Part shown: positions 12,321-26,708 of the stretch, piece by piece
Layout of the letters: each line of letters starts with the position of its first letter
Numbering within the stretch: position 1 is the first letter of the stretch
NCBI GenBank assembly: GCA_012295275.1
Contig: CM022671.1
Location: 16,368,001-16,432,000, forward strand
Direction of reading: 5' to 3'
Origin: Chrysomallon squamiferum
Lineage: Eukaryota; Animalia; Mollusca
Length of the DNA: 64,000 nt
Notes under the pieces: model-generated
Databases searched by the model: none
What the model was told of the DNA's origin: nothing
What the model saw: the letters and a program-made list of their open reading frames with translations, nothing else
Program-made: the position numbers and the translations under genes

Positions 12321-15300
12321 ACACAAAACATCAGAAGAAAGAAAAACTATTGGAGTTCCAACGGAGAAGGAGAATAAAAAAAACAAAAAAAAAAAGTGAA
12401 AGTAGAAATGTTCCCAAGCTGGTTGTGACAAAACAAACAGTATTACACATGTTGTTGTTCTGTGCACAGGTTTTTTTGTTGTTTTTTTTTTTTTTTTTTT
12501 TTGTTTTTTTATTGGCAAGCTTTTTTTTACAGTTCTGACATAGTTTTACTTTCCATTACAAATACATCAGTTATTTAAAGACACTTCAAAAGAAGTGCAG
12601 AATTCAAGACGTAAGGAAAAGAAGAATTTAAAACAAAAGAGAAATACTCAAAATGCTGATTCCTGTCTTCGCTGGGTTGTTACAGTTACACCATCGTGTT
12701 GTCAGTAGGTTTGAAAAGAAACAACAGAAATTATTTTGAATTCATTAGTTTTACAAAAATACAAAAAATAAAAAAGACAAAAAAAGAAAGAAAAGTAAAG
12801 ACTTCATTACTGAAAAAGAAAAAAGGTAAAGACTATGTGTTTTTAAAATAAATATTTTCTGTACAGAGCATTTCTGTTGTTTACAGAAGAGCTAAAAGTT
12901 CTTCAACCCCAATAAAGTAAAAATATTCAAAAGTTTAAAAAAGAAAAAAAAAAAAAAAAAAAAAAAAAAACTTAAGGAAAAAATAAGGTCCACAGAATTT
13001 TCAATAACAAATTTTGTCAATAATGTTTCCAAATGGGAATTATACAAAAAGTATTTTAAAAACAAGAAAAAGTGAATATAGGGCACAGCAAAAAAGACTG
13101 TTCTGAGAGTTAAAACCAGAATGACAATCTTTTCATGAAAACAAACTGCCTAGGGCTTTCAGAGAGGTTGTGTACTTTTTACTCACAAAGAAAAATAATC
13201 AAAATGTTTTACAAATATCCCCGACTTTAGTCGAACAATATTCCTGTTAAAAACAAGATGAAAACACATTTTTAATCTACAACAAAATGGCATCACATAG
13301 TTTAAGAAGAAGAGATATGAAAAGAAAATCCACAGTTTGTTGTGCAGTTGGCTACTCATAAACATGCAAATGAATTTTAAATTTAAATAAGAATGGAAAA
13401 AAAAAAAAAAGAAGCAAAACAAAGGATGTCAAATGTATTGTTGTAGTGGGTGTGTCATATAGTAGATCTTTTCTTTTAAGAAGTTTATAATCAAATTGTG
13501 TTAATTTTCATGTTAATGCTGTTAATTTTTAGAATTGAACAGTTTTGTATATTAAAAAAACAAAACAAAAAAAACCAGGAGATTTTAATATAACACAGTA
13601 TGTGAACAATACTACCTTATCTGGCAATGCAAGAGGTCTATGTTTAACTATTGTCTTTTATTATTGTGTGTTTTATCATACATTATAAAATAAAACTTAT
13701 TAATTTCTGAAATTAAATTGAAACATATGCGAATAGCATGGCATATAAAAGGAAAAACCAAAACCATTAGTTCTCTTAATACAGAACTGCTGATACCTTC
13801 AAACTGATTTAAGTATTATTAACTGATTAATGTAATGAGTACAAAAAATAGTTGAAATAATTAAACATTTAAATCTGAAGAGAAAAAAGGTAAGACCACT
13901 GAAAACGATTAATCTGCCTTTAAAATAAATATCCTAATGAGCAAAAAAAATATCATTTTTGCAAAACTTTCTAGTCCATTAAGCCAAAGTTAGACTGCAG
14001 CTGATTACCTAACATTATAATAAATTACTTCAACACTTCAATTAATTACTTAAACCGTAAATGAGTCTGTTTTTTTCTGAAAGGATGATCATTATTTCTC
14101 AAAAAAAAAAAGAAAGAAAGAAAAAAATTTAAAAAGAAAAAGAAAAGAAATAATAATAATACAAATAATAACAACAACAACAATAAATAAAAAAGAAAAT
14201 AAAAATAAATAAAAAATAAAAAGAGTTAAATTGAACAGTAATTGAATCTTGCTTTCAGACAGTGAGATTGTGGATCAGAACACTGATTTCTATAAGACTG
14301 AGTCAAGCCTCAAACAAACAGTGAAACATCTATTGATTTAGATTAGACTTTATCTTCTGTCTGTGCAGCAAGTTGATTGAAGCTCAGTGTTTTATTTGAC
14401 ATCCAGGCAACCTAACACACCTGTTTGAATATACAGCTCCACTATAAAGACAGCGTAAAATTACTATTATTCAAAGTTGATAACTATTACTTAATAACAA
14501 CTGAGTAACATAAATAATAAATTTTAAAAATACACATCAAAAAGAAAACTTGCCACACTCAGCAAATCACTGCAATGTGGTGATATCCTCAGTCTGTCAG
14601 GAATGTTTGTACATCTCTATCGATTTTAATTATTATACAGCATCACCATACAGGGAACCCCAACAATGATAAAAATTTATACAAAAGGAAAAAACACACC
14701 CACTCCCTCTCTCCGTCTTATTTTTAAAGTTCTTAATGAAAAGAAAATATGTTAGTGTGATAAGCGAGAAGCCCATGCTTTCACTGTGTGACATTACAAG
14801 CATTTTAATCATCAAACCATGTTGAGTTGAACATATTTGATCGGCTGTTTGAAGAAGCGGACTAGTGCTTTCTCCGTGCCAATACTGGCCAGTAACAATA
14901 TCAGAGCAAACTCCGAGCAGTGGCCGTTCAAACACGTGAAATTGCTGATAATGGTTTGAACACACACGGCACCAGTGTGCAAACCAGAATGCCAGACAAA
15001 CAGTGAAATACTTCAAATTCACTCTCACCAGTTGGAATCATTGGCAGTTTCCAGTCTGTCTGGACATTTTGCAGTCTTTGTGGACATGATGCGAAAAACA
15101 ATGACGATCAGAGGGAGGTTTTGAAAAAAAACATGCATCATACATGGTGATGGCCATGATGTAAAAAAAAAGTTGTATATTAAATAGTGAAATGTTTTAA
15201 ATTCTCTTTCAGTGCAGTCATTTCCTAGCTTACTGGACAAAGGAAAGAAGAACCAAAAAGTTAAAAATATGAGCATAACCAGTTCCCAAAAAAAAAAAAA

Positions 15301-15377
15301 AAAAAAAAGAAATTAACTTCCCAGATAACAAAACACTGGTGATTTTTCAGTATGGTCATTTCACTGCCTAATGGACA

Positions 15378-15416
<39 letters not shown>

Positions 15417-16002
15417 AAAATGAAGTATACTAATTGAGATTTTTAAAAGAAGAGCATGTATCATTGACAAAACATAACCAGTTAACACTCTTACTAAATA
15501 CTTTAAACAGTGAAATGTTTAAAACTTACTTTGAAAATTGAAAACTTTGATTATTTTCAATATGGTTACAATGTTTCCAGGAGAAAAAAATTAAAATTAT
15601 AATAAAAATTAAAAATTAAAAAAAAATAATAATAAAAATAAAAATGTAAATAAATAAATAAATATGGCCAGATCCAGAAGTTAAGAAAGTAGGGGCACAT
15701 TACCACGGCTAAACAGTAGCTACATCATTTTGTATGTATGTATGTATGCAGGTACGCATGTGGAGAGATCAAAGAGACCTGCATTTGAAGTATGTTGACT
15801 TGTGAGGGTTAAATACAGCTTCGTTCTTTATTTTTAATTTTTTATCTTATATTTTAAGTATATATTTAGCCAGTATCTAGATATTTGGACTGGTCCCAAC
15901 CTTGTCAGATAATTGGTTTCATAGCTGCATAAAATAGAATTTCAAAACCTCAGTGTTACATTATTAAATAAATAAAATGATATAAATAAATAAATAAAAT
16001 AA

Positions 16003-16004
<2 letters not shown>

Positions 16005-16067
<63 letters not shown>

Positions 16068-16086
16068 CATAATAATAATAATAATA
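16005..16086. repeat. (TAA)n microsatellite
   Basis: Direct run with minor interruptions. Confidence 0.95.
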
Positions 16087-17582
16087 AAATTAGTCCATCG
16101 ATTTAATAACCTAAAAAAAAAATGTTAAATCAAAGTTCACCTTCCAGTTACGTAACATTAAAGAAAGAAAAAAAAAAAAAAAAAATTAAAGAAAAAGAAA
16201 AAAGCAGCACTATGTTACACAAAGTATCAGTAAACGTTAACTGTTTTACAAAGTATATAAAATGTATAACACACTTCTGCCAGCTATCAAACAACATCTA
16301 CCACTGTCACAAACAGTCTTGGCACTCCCTATATAAATTATGATTATGTCAAAGATCATCTTAAACCATAAAAAAATAAATATTTTATCCAGAAGAAATC
16401 TCTTTGATGAACAAGCTGTGTGTCTGTTTGTGAGGTACATCTATATATCACAATTAGAGACTCTGACACCGAATAGCAACTGAGTAAATAATATGTCTGG
16501 ATAACATTAAACGGCAATTACTTCCTATTTTATATCTTGTATTTCATAATAAAATCTACTGACATTAACAAATTACTGGCAAAAGGTTAAAGTTTTAAGT
16601 ATGTTAAAATGAGGTAAGCAAACACAAAAGAAAAAATATGGTGAAATAAGTTTAAAGTTTTATGACTCTTATATTTTCTAATTCTTTCATTCTTGATTTT
16701 TTTCAAATTAGATTAATTTATTAATGAGTTTTTAATTTTTTTTTTAAGTTATCTGATCACGTATTTATCATGTAATTTTAATCCATTTATTTATCAGTGG
16801 CACCTGTTTATTTGTAACTAATGGCAGATAAAATATGTCAAACAAACTGTTAAAGATATACTAAAATATAATCCGTAATTCATATTTTGAAAATTACCAA
16901 ATTATATTTAATTATTTAATTTTTTTTTTATTTAATTTTCCTCTGGCTAATCTTTGTTAGTAATAAAGATTCTGAATGATATAAAAAGGAATAAACCTAT
17001 GAATGAATAATAATTATTATTTATTATGAATCAATCATGAATTTATTAATGACAAGAAACCAAATATTATCACCAACTAGCAATAAGAAAAAAAGAAAGA
17101 AAAAATAAAGGATGAAAAATTCATACAGCCCAACATAATTAATTATTTTCTTCTATTTCTCTTTACAGTAGACTAAATTAACAACAACAGTAATAATAAT
17201 AAAATTAACATCCTAATAAAATAATAAATATAGAACTTTTATTTGCTTACTCACCACAGAACATTTTTTTTTATTATCATCTATAGACTATTGGCAAATA
17301 TTTGACAAAATTTGTTAATTTTAGTGTCAGAGTAAATGATCTAAAGTTCCAAGTCTTTCAATGACTAAACAAATCTGAGTTACAAACACACTAATATAGG
17401 AAATGGATAGCAACATATCAAACTTTATTATTAGAACAAAATGAATCTCTCTGAAGCATGCACATATATTATATATACACAATTGCTTTTAGCACAATTG
17501 TAAGTTAACTGTTCCCGAGAAAAAAGATTAATAAACACGGGAAGATCCAGGTATTAAAAAAAGTGGGTGCAAATCAGCTTAC

Positions 17583-18230
17583 TTTCCGAAAATTGTTTTT
17601 TCAGAAGTTCAACGAATCTGAAGTCTATTTTACTTGTGCTGTTAAAATGAAACGGTTGTTCCACTTCATTTTGATGAACGCAGGCTATCAACGTCTTATG
17701 ATATACGAGACGAAGAACATGGGAAGTAAAACTTGGTTAAGAAAACATTCCATACTGAAAATAAGTAAAAGGAATAACAGAACTCGAATATTGTTTATTT
17801 AACTATGTATTGCTTATATAAATATGTTGTTCTACCTACCCATGTATCAGCCACTTAAAGTGCAGCAATTATAGTCTTTGGCAGTCGTTTTTTTTTTTTT
17901 TGTGTTTTGTTTGTGTTTAGTTTATTTTGGCTCTATTATTAGCATCCTAATTTCAGAGAGCTTTCATTCCAGTATTAAATATTAACAACTTTAAGTAAAC
18001 AACCTCAACATAACAATGAAATCTACTTCAGCAAAATTTTCTCGTCTTCAAACTTGATAAAACTTCCAACAACCGCGAATTTCAATCGGGCCTTGTCACC
18101 GTGTCCCGTTATAAACACACTCGGATGTACTGCCATCGTCTGCAAGAGCGGAAATACATGAAATCCGTGTAGTTTTGATTGTATCCATCCGCGCGTTGTT
18201 ACAGTACTATTTTTTTTTTATCCGATAACT
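17583..18230 (-). promoter_or_regulatory. Candidate promoter/non-coding first exon at a CpG-poor to CpG-normal boundary
   Basis: Minus-strand donor GGAAA|gtaagc at 17583/17582; CpGs become common right of ~17.5 kb; CpG-dense patch at 18070-18230. Confidence 0.35.
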
Positions 18231-18411
18231 GTATTAACTCAAGGACAAGTCTTTACACATGTAACAGCAAATAAATAGTCGCTATTAAAAACAAACTTGT
18301 TTCAAAAATAATAAATAAATAAATAAATAAATAAATAATGATCATAAAGACTTAACTGCAAACATAAATTTCTCTGTAATTCAGAGAAAATGAATAAACA
18401 CTGTCCTTCGG

Positions 18412-18413
<2 letters not shown>

Positions 18414-18472
<59 letters not shown>
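18414..18472. repeat. (TAT)n microsatellite
   Basis: Direct run. Confidence 0.95.
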
Positions 18473-18473
<1 letters not shown>

Positions 18474-19018
18474 GAATATATTTTTGACCAATGAAAAAAT
18501 AATAACCATTGCAGTCCTTTTTTTTTTAAATGAAAATATCCTTGTTTTATAATAAGGGTATACACAAAAAAAAAAAAAAAAAAAAAATTAAACCTAAACT
18601 AATAATTAGTTTGAAAGTTATGCTACCTTCACAACAGATCGTAATCACTGGTTAAAGAGACTAAATTTAAAAATCGAATGCTGTTTACCGAGCTCCACTG
18701 ATGTGGTAATTACACACTGGTTAATTTAACAGTGCGACTAGCATTTATTTTTAACTGATGACTTGAACTGGTGCAGGTGAGTTTGCTGAATAAAGAAAAA
18801 TAAACTCTTTCTAAGATATATTCTTCTTTTCTGTTTTTGTTTTATTGTTGTTTGTTTGCTTTTCTTTATTATTGATTTTATTTTATTATATATATATATA
18901 TATATTTGTACCCAGTACTGTATTCTAAAAGATTGATTTTAATTACCGCTGGCCCTCTAAGAATATTTTAATTTTTTGCCAAGTGATGGCGTTTCTTTTT
19001 CTTTCTTTCTTTCATTCT

Positions 19019-19071
<53 letters not shown>

Positions 19072-19073
19072 AT

Positions 19074-19111
<38 letters not shown>

Positions 19112-19378
19112 AAAATAGGAGGAACAACAACAATAAATAAATAAATAAATAAATAAATAAAAAGTTCTCATAATAAATAAATAATAAATAATAAAACGCC
19201 CTTAATCATTTAACAAATAATATTACAAATACTACTAATAAATAAATAAATAAATAAGTAAAATGAAAATAATAATAAACTAATGGTACAAATGTATATT
19301 AGTGAAAAAAAAAACCCACCACAGGTCATAAAACAAATATTAATTATTCATTTTAAATATTTTGCTGAAATCCTGGGG

Positions 19379-19382
<4 letters not shown>

Positions 19383-19449
<67 letters not shown>
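19383..19449. repeat. (AG)n microsatellite
   Basis: Direct run. Confidence 0.95.
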
Positions 19450-19453
<4 letters not shown>

Positions 19454-19489
19454 AAAAACAATAACAAAATAACTTTAACGTCGTTCTTC

Positions 19490-20130
19490 TAAATGACAGT
19501 GCACTGAGTATGTTCCTTACAAGTTACAGGGGGACTTGTTAACCCAACATCTGTTCTCACAGATACGTGACTCCTGGCACCGGGCTATTGTCATCACGTG
19601 ACAGTATCATCAACAGCCGTTGTCACCCCCATGGTCCCGGGAAGGCTGGGGTAATTAAACTGTTGAAACGTAGCCATTTGTCAACCTGACACCTCCGCAG
19701 TCCGTGTCATCGCGCTGTCTTAATTAGATGATTAATGGATCATCTCTTAACACTGAGCCGCTTCCACAAACACGCCCGCTCTCTTTGATGTGACCCAGAA
19801 ATCAGTTACAAAATCGTATTAATCAACCATCAAGGTTTTCGGCCAGTTGTGCTGTTGAGGAACCGAGCACTCGCCTTGCCGGCTGCGCCGTGTGTTGAAC
19901 AGCGTTTATAAAGCATTAATTGTAACCCTGTGATTTTTAAATTCGGTTTTGATTAAGAATAATTAAACCATAAACTGACTGATTTATAATTTAGCGTTCC
20001 GTGATGGAAAATTGAACTGTAATACGAGCGGGCCCGTTTAGTGGGTTGTTTCCCCAGCTGAGCGTTACGACTTGTTTGTCAGAGATTGTGGCAAAATGCA
20101 TAGGTGGTGAGCAGCGGGTTTCCTCTCTCG
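19490..20130. promoter_or_regulatory. Candidate cis-regulatory module (enhancer-like)
   Basis: High-complexity, GC-richer block with no long ORF. Contains TGATTAATGG (Pbx-Hox-type, 19729-19738), TGACAG (Meis/TGIF-type, 19494 and 19599), TCACGTGA (E-box, 19594-19601), CTTTGAT (TCF-type, 19783) and several TAATTA. Confidence 0.4.
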
Positions 20131-20381
20131 TATCATCATTACTACCCACCGAAATTTAAACCAAAAAAAAAAAAAAAAAAAAAGAAAGAAAAAATGAATG
20201 AAATAAAGAAAATCATTAAAAAATATATCGGCCCTAATGTTAATAACTACTGAAATATAATTAAAAAGTAATAAATAATTATTAATTGTAATCCGAATTA
20301 AGTATATCACAGATATTCAACATTACACATACAAAGACATGTACATTCATTTTTTTAAGATGTGTATTAAGGTTAAAAAAA

Positions 20382-20415
<34 letters not shown>

Positions 20416-22127
20416 TTACATTACAAACGGAAATGTGTGGGTGTAGTAGTAGTAGTAGTAGTATACATGAAGATGTTTTTCAAAGTACCTGGACGCACTT
20501 GATCACCGCGAGTCAGCAAAAGAAGACTTGAAACGTTCACACTGTTACATGTGTTACGACGACGTCACAACACCGTTCATGATGGGGTAAATTGAAAATG
20601 TTCAAATAATTATTGTGTAATAATATTATTTTTATTTTCATGCTTTGTTTGTTAGAAAAGACAGATTGCCCCAAAACAATAAAATAAGAATATGAAAGAA
20701 GAAATAATTTTATTAGTCAAATTATTCATAATGCCACTCGGACACTTTATTCTGCATATCTATAAATGAATAAAAATAATAATAATAATAATAATAATAA
20801 TCACAATAAATAAATAAATAAATAAAGTAAAACATGTTTAGTAGTCGTAAGCACACAGTACATATCTTTCAGTGCAATAAGGACTGTTTTACAAATGCCA
20901 GATTCTTCAAAAACAATTTGTTTTGCCTGTGAAGCAATACAATTTCCACGGGTCAGAGACTAAACATTCCGAAAGCAGGCACCTTTCCACTTCACATACA
21001 TTACCCTACATGATTATTATTGTGATTAGCCAGCGATAGGCGATCGTCAAACGAACCAGAGAAAACCTTTTCAATTGTAAGTAATGTCTTCGTGTATTTT
21101 CATTAAAAAAAAAACTCGCACATAAGCTGTGTACAGTGAGGATGCAGCTAGGTTTCTGCTCAGAGTAGCAGTTGAGAGTAATTGCTTCTCACAGCTGCAC
21201 AAGACATTTGTTTCCCTTGGGGAGATACGATATTATTAAACTCTCACAGATAAATACTATACTTCTTTCTCAGTAGGAAAGCTTCATTTTATGTCAGTCA
21301 AAACAGTCGATTCTCTGTCACTCCGCTTTTTTTAAAAAAAATTCTCTAAAGAAAACGCACACAACCAATTACACCAAATGGATGGGTAAAGAAAAAGAGA
21401 AAGAAATATCTTTTTTTTTTTTTTTGTTGTTGTTGTTGTTCCTGACGATAAATTGAAAGCGAGTTTGTAAAAAATAGGTCGTGGAACAATTGTGGTAAAG
21501 ATCATTTTTTAAAAGTAGAAAAAACATTTGATATGAAAGAAAAATATAAAAGCTCATCGTATTTGTAAATTAATAATAACAACCAAAAAAAAAAAAAATA
21601 TATATATATATATTAATTTCAGTAAATCATTTCTTTATTTCAAATCTTTTATTTATTTTTGTAATATGGTTAGAAAGTTATCTGAACATTCATGTTAATA
21701 TATAAAATACTGTTAACACACACACACATACACACACACACACACACACAAACACACACGCACAACTGTTCTCAAAGTGCAGACGACATATTTTCTCTCT
21801 CTTTTCATTTTCTTATTTTATTTTATTTTTTATTTATTTTTTTTTTTTTTTTTCAGTATGAATGATAGTAAGAGTGCAGGTTTCAGCTTTTTTAAAAATA
21901 TTTTATTATTAATCATCTGTCACATAGTTCAGTGGGTAATGAGATGTAATTAAAAGACAGTGTGCAGACTGATGATTCAATACGTGAGCCTAAAGTGTAA
22001 CAACAGGTTGAGATAGCGAGTTTATCAATTTATCAAACACACACACACAGACACAAACACAAAAAAAAAAAAAAATAATAATAATAATAAAAACAAAATA
22101 ATAATAATAATAATAATAAAAAGTAAC

Positions 22128-22330
22128 TGGAAAAACAAAAGGCACTGAGAAGAAATGGCACTACAAATTTGGAAAAATGGCACCTTATTATTTATTTTTT
22201 TCTGTATAGTTGCTTTAAAAAAAATATTCTTAAAAGTACTTTTGAAAATACAATTTATTCATGCAATATTGTTACATATGTGTATATTAAAATATAGTCA
22301 CTCGGTTTTGCTTAACAAAGTACAGTATTA
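22128..22330 (+). mobile_element. Fragment of dispersed repeat with AATGGCAC subterminal motifs (copy of 41319-41610)
   Basis: GAAGAAATGGCACT..ATTTGGAAAAATGGCACCTTATTA..TATAGTTGCTTTAAAAAAAA..TTAAAAGTACTTTTG..ATGCAATATT..TTTTGCTTAA..ACAGTATT is colinear with 41397-41610. Confidence 0.75.
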
Positions 22331-22540
22331 TATCAGTTTAATATTACAATTATAACATTATTATCACGTTTTAAAATGCAGTATACATAGCAATATAATA
22401 TACATACAATCACTCAACCACATGGATTTATTATTACGTTTCCATATATATTGTGACCAAAAATTATGAAATGTTAACTGATTATATTATCTCATCAAAC
22501 ACCAAGGAATTATGTATTTGTGTCTGTCTGAGTATGTGTG

Positions 22541-22572
<32 letters not shown>

Positions 22573-22917
22573 CATACACATACACATACAAAAATACATA
22601 ACATTTCATACATATATGTACGCGTACATAGATGCATGAGTACGTTCGTACACACAGACATGTTCATGCAGATGTACCTTATGTTAATATGCATACCACA
22701 ATCTTTTCCAGTACCATTTTTTTCATACATCCCATCATAACATATCTAAAAAATAGACCTACATTTTTACTTTCATTTCTAAAATAAATTGAAGCATAGT
22801 TAACTAACACATACAACATTTAAACAGTTATTTAAATAGCATTATGTTCGGGGTTTTTCTCGTTTTTGTTTTAGTTATTATTATTATTATTGTTTTTTTA
22901 TTTATTTATTTTTTACC

Positions 22918-22940
22918 TTATTATTATTATTATTATTATT

Positions 22941-22992
<52 letters not shown>

Positions 22993-23005
22993 TTTTTTTT
23001 TTTTT
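22918..23005. repeat. Compound (TTA)n(TTG)n(T)n microsatellite
   Basis: Direct run; source of the poly-Y/poly-C/poly-F ORF. Confidence 0.95.
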
Positions 23006-23567
23006 AATTTTTGTTATTTAATTTTTTTGTTATTTTGTCGCGAGAACATAATAGCGTTTATGCGTCAAAAAACAATAAACCATGGGAGACAACTCTTAAT
23101 TATAGCAACTAAAATGAATAGTAATCAGCGTTGCGCTGGGAGACGTATTAATACTTTGTGTAAGTTACACAGAGTTTTACATTATGTCTATTTGTTTTAT
23201 TAGTGTATGAAAATTCTGTAACTGACATTAATTTTGCTCATCACGTTAATTATGTATCGGTGAGAAATAAAACATTTACGTTGATATGTGTTCAGCGTTT
23301 GCGTGTGTTACGTCATAATACTCAAACGCACGTACAAACATATACACTGTATCACATATATATAAAAAAAATAATAAAAAATAACAAAAATAATAACAAA
23401 TAAATACAAAAATCAATAAATACTGAATAATTAAATGAAAATAGTATTATTACTAGTTACGGAGATAATTAGATATTAAATACTAGATAATCATGCTAAA
23501 ATTACAACTGAATGCTTTAAACAATGTTTCCATAAACAAAAAGTTAATAGTGTATTACTATACTTAC

Positions 23568-23622
23568 CTGACCTAAACTGAATCTGTGACTGTGCCCACG
23601 ACAGGCATACATCAACAGATTT
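23568..23622 (-). other. Candidate internal exon (55 nt)
   Basis: Minus strand: long T/G-rich tract ending gggttttatcag|AAATCTGTTG...TTTAGGTCAG|gtaagta, with a perfect CAG|GTAAGT donor. Product unknown, probably UTR or non-coding. Confidence 0.5.
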
Positions 23623-24119
23623 CTGATAAAACCCACAAAAAAACCACGCACAAAAAAACAACCAACAAACCAACCAAAAAACAATCTAAAACAATCAAAA
23701 CAAAACAAAACAAAAATCACCTAGAATCATTGCTCACATGTCTACCTGCATCTATTATACATTTTATAGGTCTTCATTATATTTTAAATCATAAAAGATA
23801 TATTTTAAAAATCCTGCAATTAAAATAATTTTGAATTAACAGTGATGATAGTGTGTACCTACCCAGTGAGATATTTTCGCATTCCAGGTATTATCTTTAC
23901 AGGTTTGTTAAACATGTGTTATGCAGCTTCACGTAGAAAACGATACAATACAATACGTGTTTCTGAATGAAAAGAGTAAGCAATGGAATAATGACGGCAT
24001 TTTTCCTTTCCAGTGTTTTTTTTTTTTTTTTTTTTTATATAAATATTTAAATAATCATCAATAACAGTAACGTATTGAGGTGTCATTAAGACAGTGCAGA
24101 GCACTCTGTTACTAAACTG

Positions 24120-24155
<36 letters not shown>

Positions 24156-24652
24156 ATAAGAAATAAATATATACATAAAAGAAGAAAAACAAAATATCAC
24201 TTATACCGTGAAAACTTTGTCACTGACTGGAAGAAAAGTCTCTAATTAACTTTTTGCAAAGCTTCCAGCCATAAATCAGAGAGGACATTTTCGCCATCAA
24301 TTTTCTCTCTTTCTCTCTGCTAGTTAAATACAGAATATAACAACATTAATAAATCAATACACGTACATGCCACTTTATACACATATGCTAATGCCGTTAT
24401 CGCATGGTAATATCTGTAATTTGTTTAACATCAAGGCAACGGTGTGGCCCCCGTCTGTAAACAAAATTAACACCGCAGACAGAGAGAGAGAGGCATGCAT
24501 ATACATTATCTTTTCCACTGAGGTGCGCGTGTGTGTGTGTGTGTGGGTGAGACGAACTGGCTGCGGCAGACAATGTAGATGTGACTGCAGATGAAAACGC
24601 ACGCGGCAGACGCTGTGTCTGGGAACGATTCATCATATACAAACAGCCGAAA

Positions 24653-24727
24653 ATGGACAAAATATCTCCTGGGACGTTTATTTTATTATCCACTTTGTTA
24701 CCAGTGAATTTGGCAGATTCGCAGATC
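24653..24727 (+). CDS. Possible first coding exon encoding a signal-peptide-like segment (MDKISPGTFILLSTLLPVNLADSQI)
   Basis: aaaATGg context, short hydrophobic core, possible donor ATC|gtatga, at the edge of a CpG-rich patch. No downstream exon found. Confidence 0.2.
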
Positions 24728-26347
24728 GTATGATCCTGATGGTCAAGTGTGTTTCAAAAGACTTTAAGTGTGCTGTGGATGGTTGTAATGGAACAGGGGT
24801 GGATCCACGTTTATGAATGGAGGGAGTGGTATATCTGTGCAAGGGACTGGTCCAGGTTTAATAAAAAAAAAAAAGGGAAGAGATATCGTTGACAGGTTAA
24901 GATATTCCAGGATTTTAGAAAAGTGGTGCCAACAAATTTCAAAATAAAACGGGTTTCATTATAAAGTGAAAAATATGAGTTGGAAAAATAATTAAATATA
25001 TATATATATATATTTTTTTTAAATTAAAAAATTAAAATAGATTTGTTCTAACCAGAGACATTTTCCATTATGTTTCTCACTAATCTAATTTGCATATCAT
25101 TGTCTACCAACATGTTAAAATATATTAAACATTTTTCTTTTTAATCAGTCTTAATTCGTATTACCATTCTATGAAATGTAAATATTATTTCCACATTGCT
25201 TATTCATCTTTTAAAATTGACATTATCAGAATTTAAACATCAGGTGTCTTTTAGAACATAAATCACCCCAATTATCTGAAACCTAGCATCAACATATCAG
25301 TTAACACACAGGTAATATTTAACATGCTAAAATGTGAGGAAATGTTCAGATGGCTAAATCAGCACCTATTCACCTCTGTGTTTTGCTAGAAGTGATGTTG
25401 TTAAAAGAAGACACGATGCCAGTCTGAAAATATCATCTGAAAGATCAAGACAAACAGGTCTTATTTTGCAGCCATCAAAGAGATTTTAGTTGTTAGCTGG
25501 AAATCGTAGAGCTCATATTAACCAAAACAACACTGATTTGTATCTACTGCAGTGGAAAATATATCTGTTTGCTTCTTCTCTTCGTATTTGAAAGAAATCA
25601 GCAGAGCAGATTCAAAATCAATGCCATAAAGAGAACAGTTAAAAATTACACCAATTATCAGAGACAACTGAGAATGTTCCCTAAACAGAGAACACTTCAA
25701 GCATAAACGGAGCAAATCTGAAATCAATAAATAAACAGGAAAGCTAAATATCGAATATCACAAATGATTTGTCAAATCTGCTACATTAAACTGTTCACTA
25801 AACAACAGTCTTTGTTCCACTGATAACGGAAATAATAATAATAAAAAAAATTATTCCTGGTTAGTTAGGTGGTCTAAGCAATCTGTATTATTATTACGCT
25901 GTAAACAGAACAGATAAAAAATACACATTGGAGCTATAGTTATATTACACTGTTAACAGAAATAAGAAAAACTGTTTCTATTCACTGTGGTTAGTCATTA
26001 AGAAATCCCACAAACCAATAATTCAAATTAAAAGTGCTAGATATTTTTGTTTCAGGAAATATATTTAGTGAGCCATGGCTTGGAGGTGATGCTGGTGCCC
26101 TGAATCATAATTAGTCAGACTTGGGATCAGTTCTCCTTAATTTGAATGTTAGATATATCCCATTCCATCTTGAGCTCCAAAACTGATTTTTAATTATTTT
26201 GCTGTGTTCATCTGAGTGCTGGAAAAGTTACTTCCTAAATGATTGTTCTCAAAATGTTACAGCCTAATATTAGCAGAAGTTGATAATATTGATTAAATAA
26301 TCCAGAATGTATTATTATAATTGTCAGCATTATCTTTATTATTGATA

Positions 26348-26651
26348 CAGTTTGAGGATGCCTTATCTGAAATTCCAAAATCTAAAAAGCTCCAGAATCT
26401 AAGAAATAGTAATAACTTAGAATTTTTAGATTATTTTACATGCACAAAACTTTATTTTATATAAAAAATAATTTTAAATATTATATAAAAAATCTTGCAG
26501 ACTTTTTGTATATAGCTGAAATATAAATGGAATTTCTACTTAGACTTAGATCCTACACTCAGGTTTTCTCTTTATATTCCAAAATCAAACAAATTCCAAA
26601 AACTGAAAAATGTTCAATCCCAAGAATTTCAGATAAAGGATTCTCAATCTA
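26348..26651 (+). mobile_element. Tigger/pogo-type (Tc1/mariner superfamily) non-autonomous MITE, copy 1
   Basis: TIRs: left CAGTTTGAGGATGCCTTATCTGAAATT, right (reverse complement) TAGATTGAGAATCCTTTATCTGAAATT. TA on both flanks; ~304 bp; related copy at 42312-42590. Confidence 0.8.

Positions 26652-26708
<57 letters not shown>

Noticed and set aside
14633-15028. 131-aa minus-strand ORF
   Set aside because: Its GTG start coincides with a donor-like gtgaga; no homology recognised, and the tail runs into low complexity.
24794-24860. CAGGGGTGGATCCAC, a possible DNA-transposon terminus (similar short remnants near 15667 and 51260-51390)
   Set aside because: Too short and degraded, with no matching opposite end in the window.
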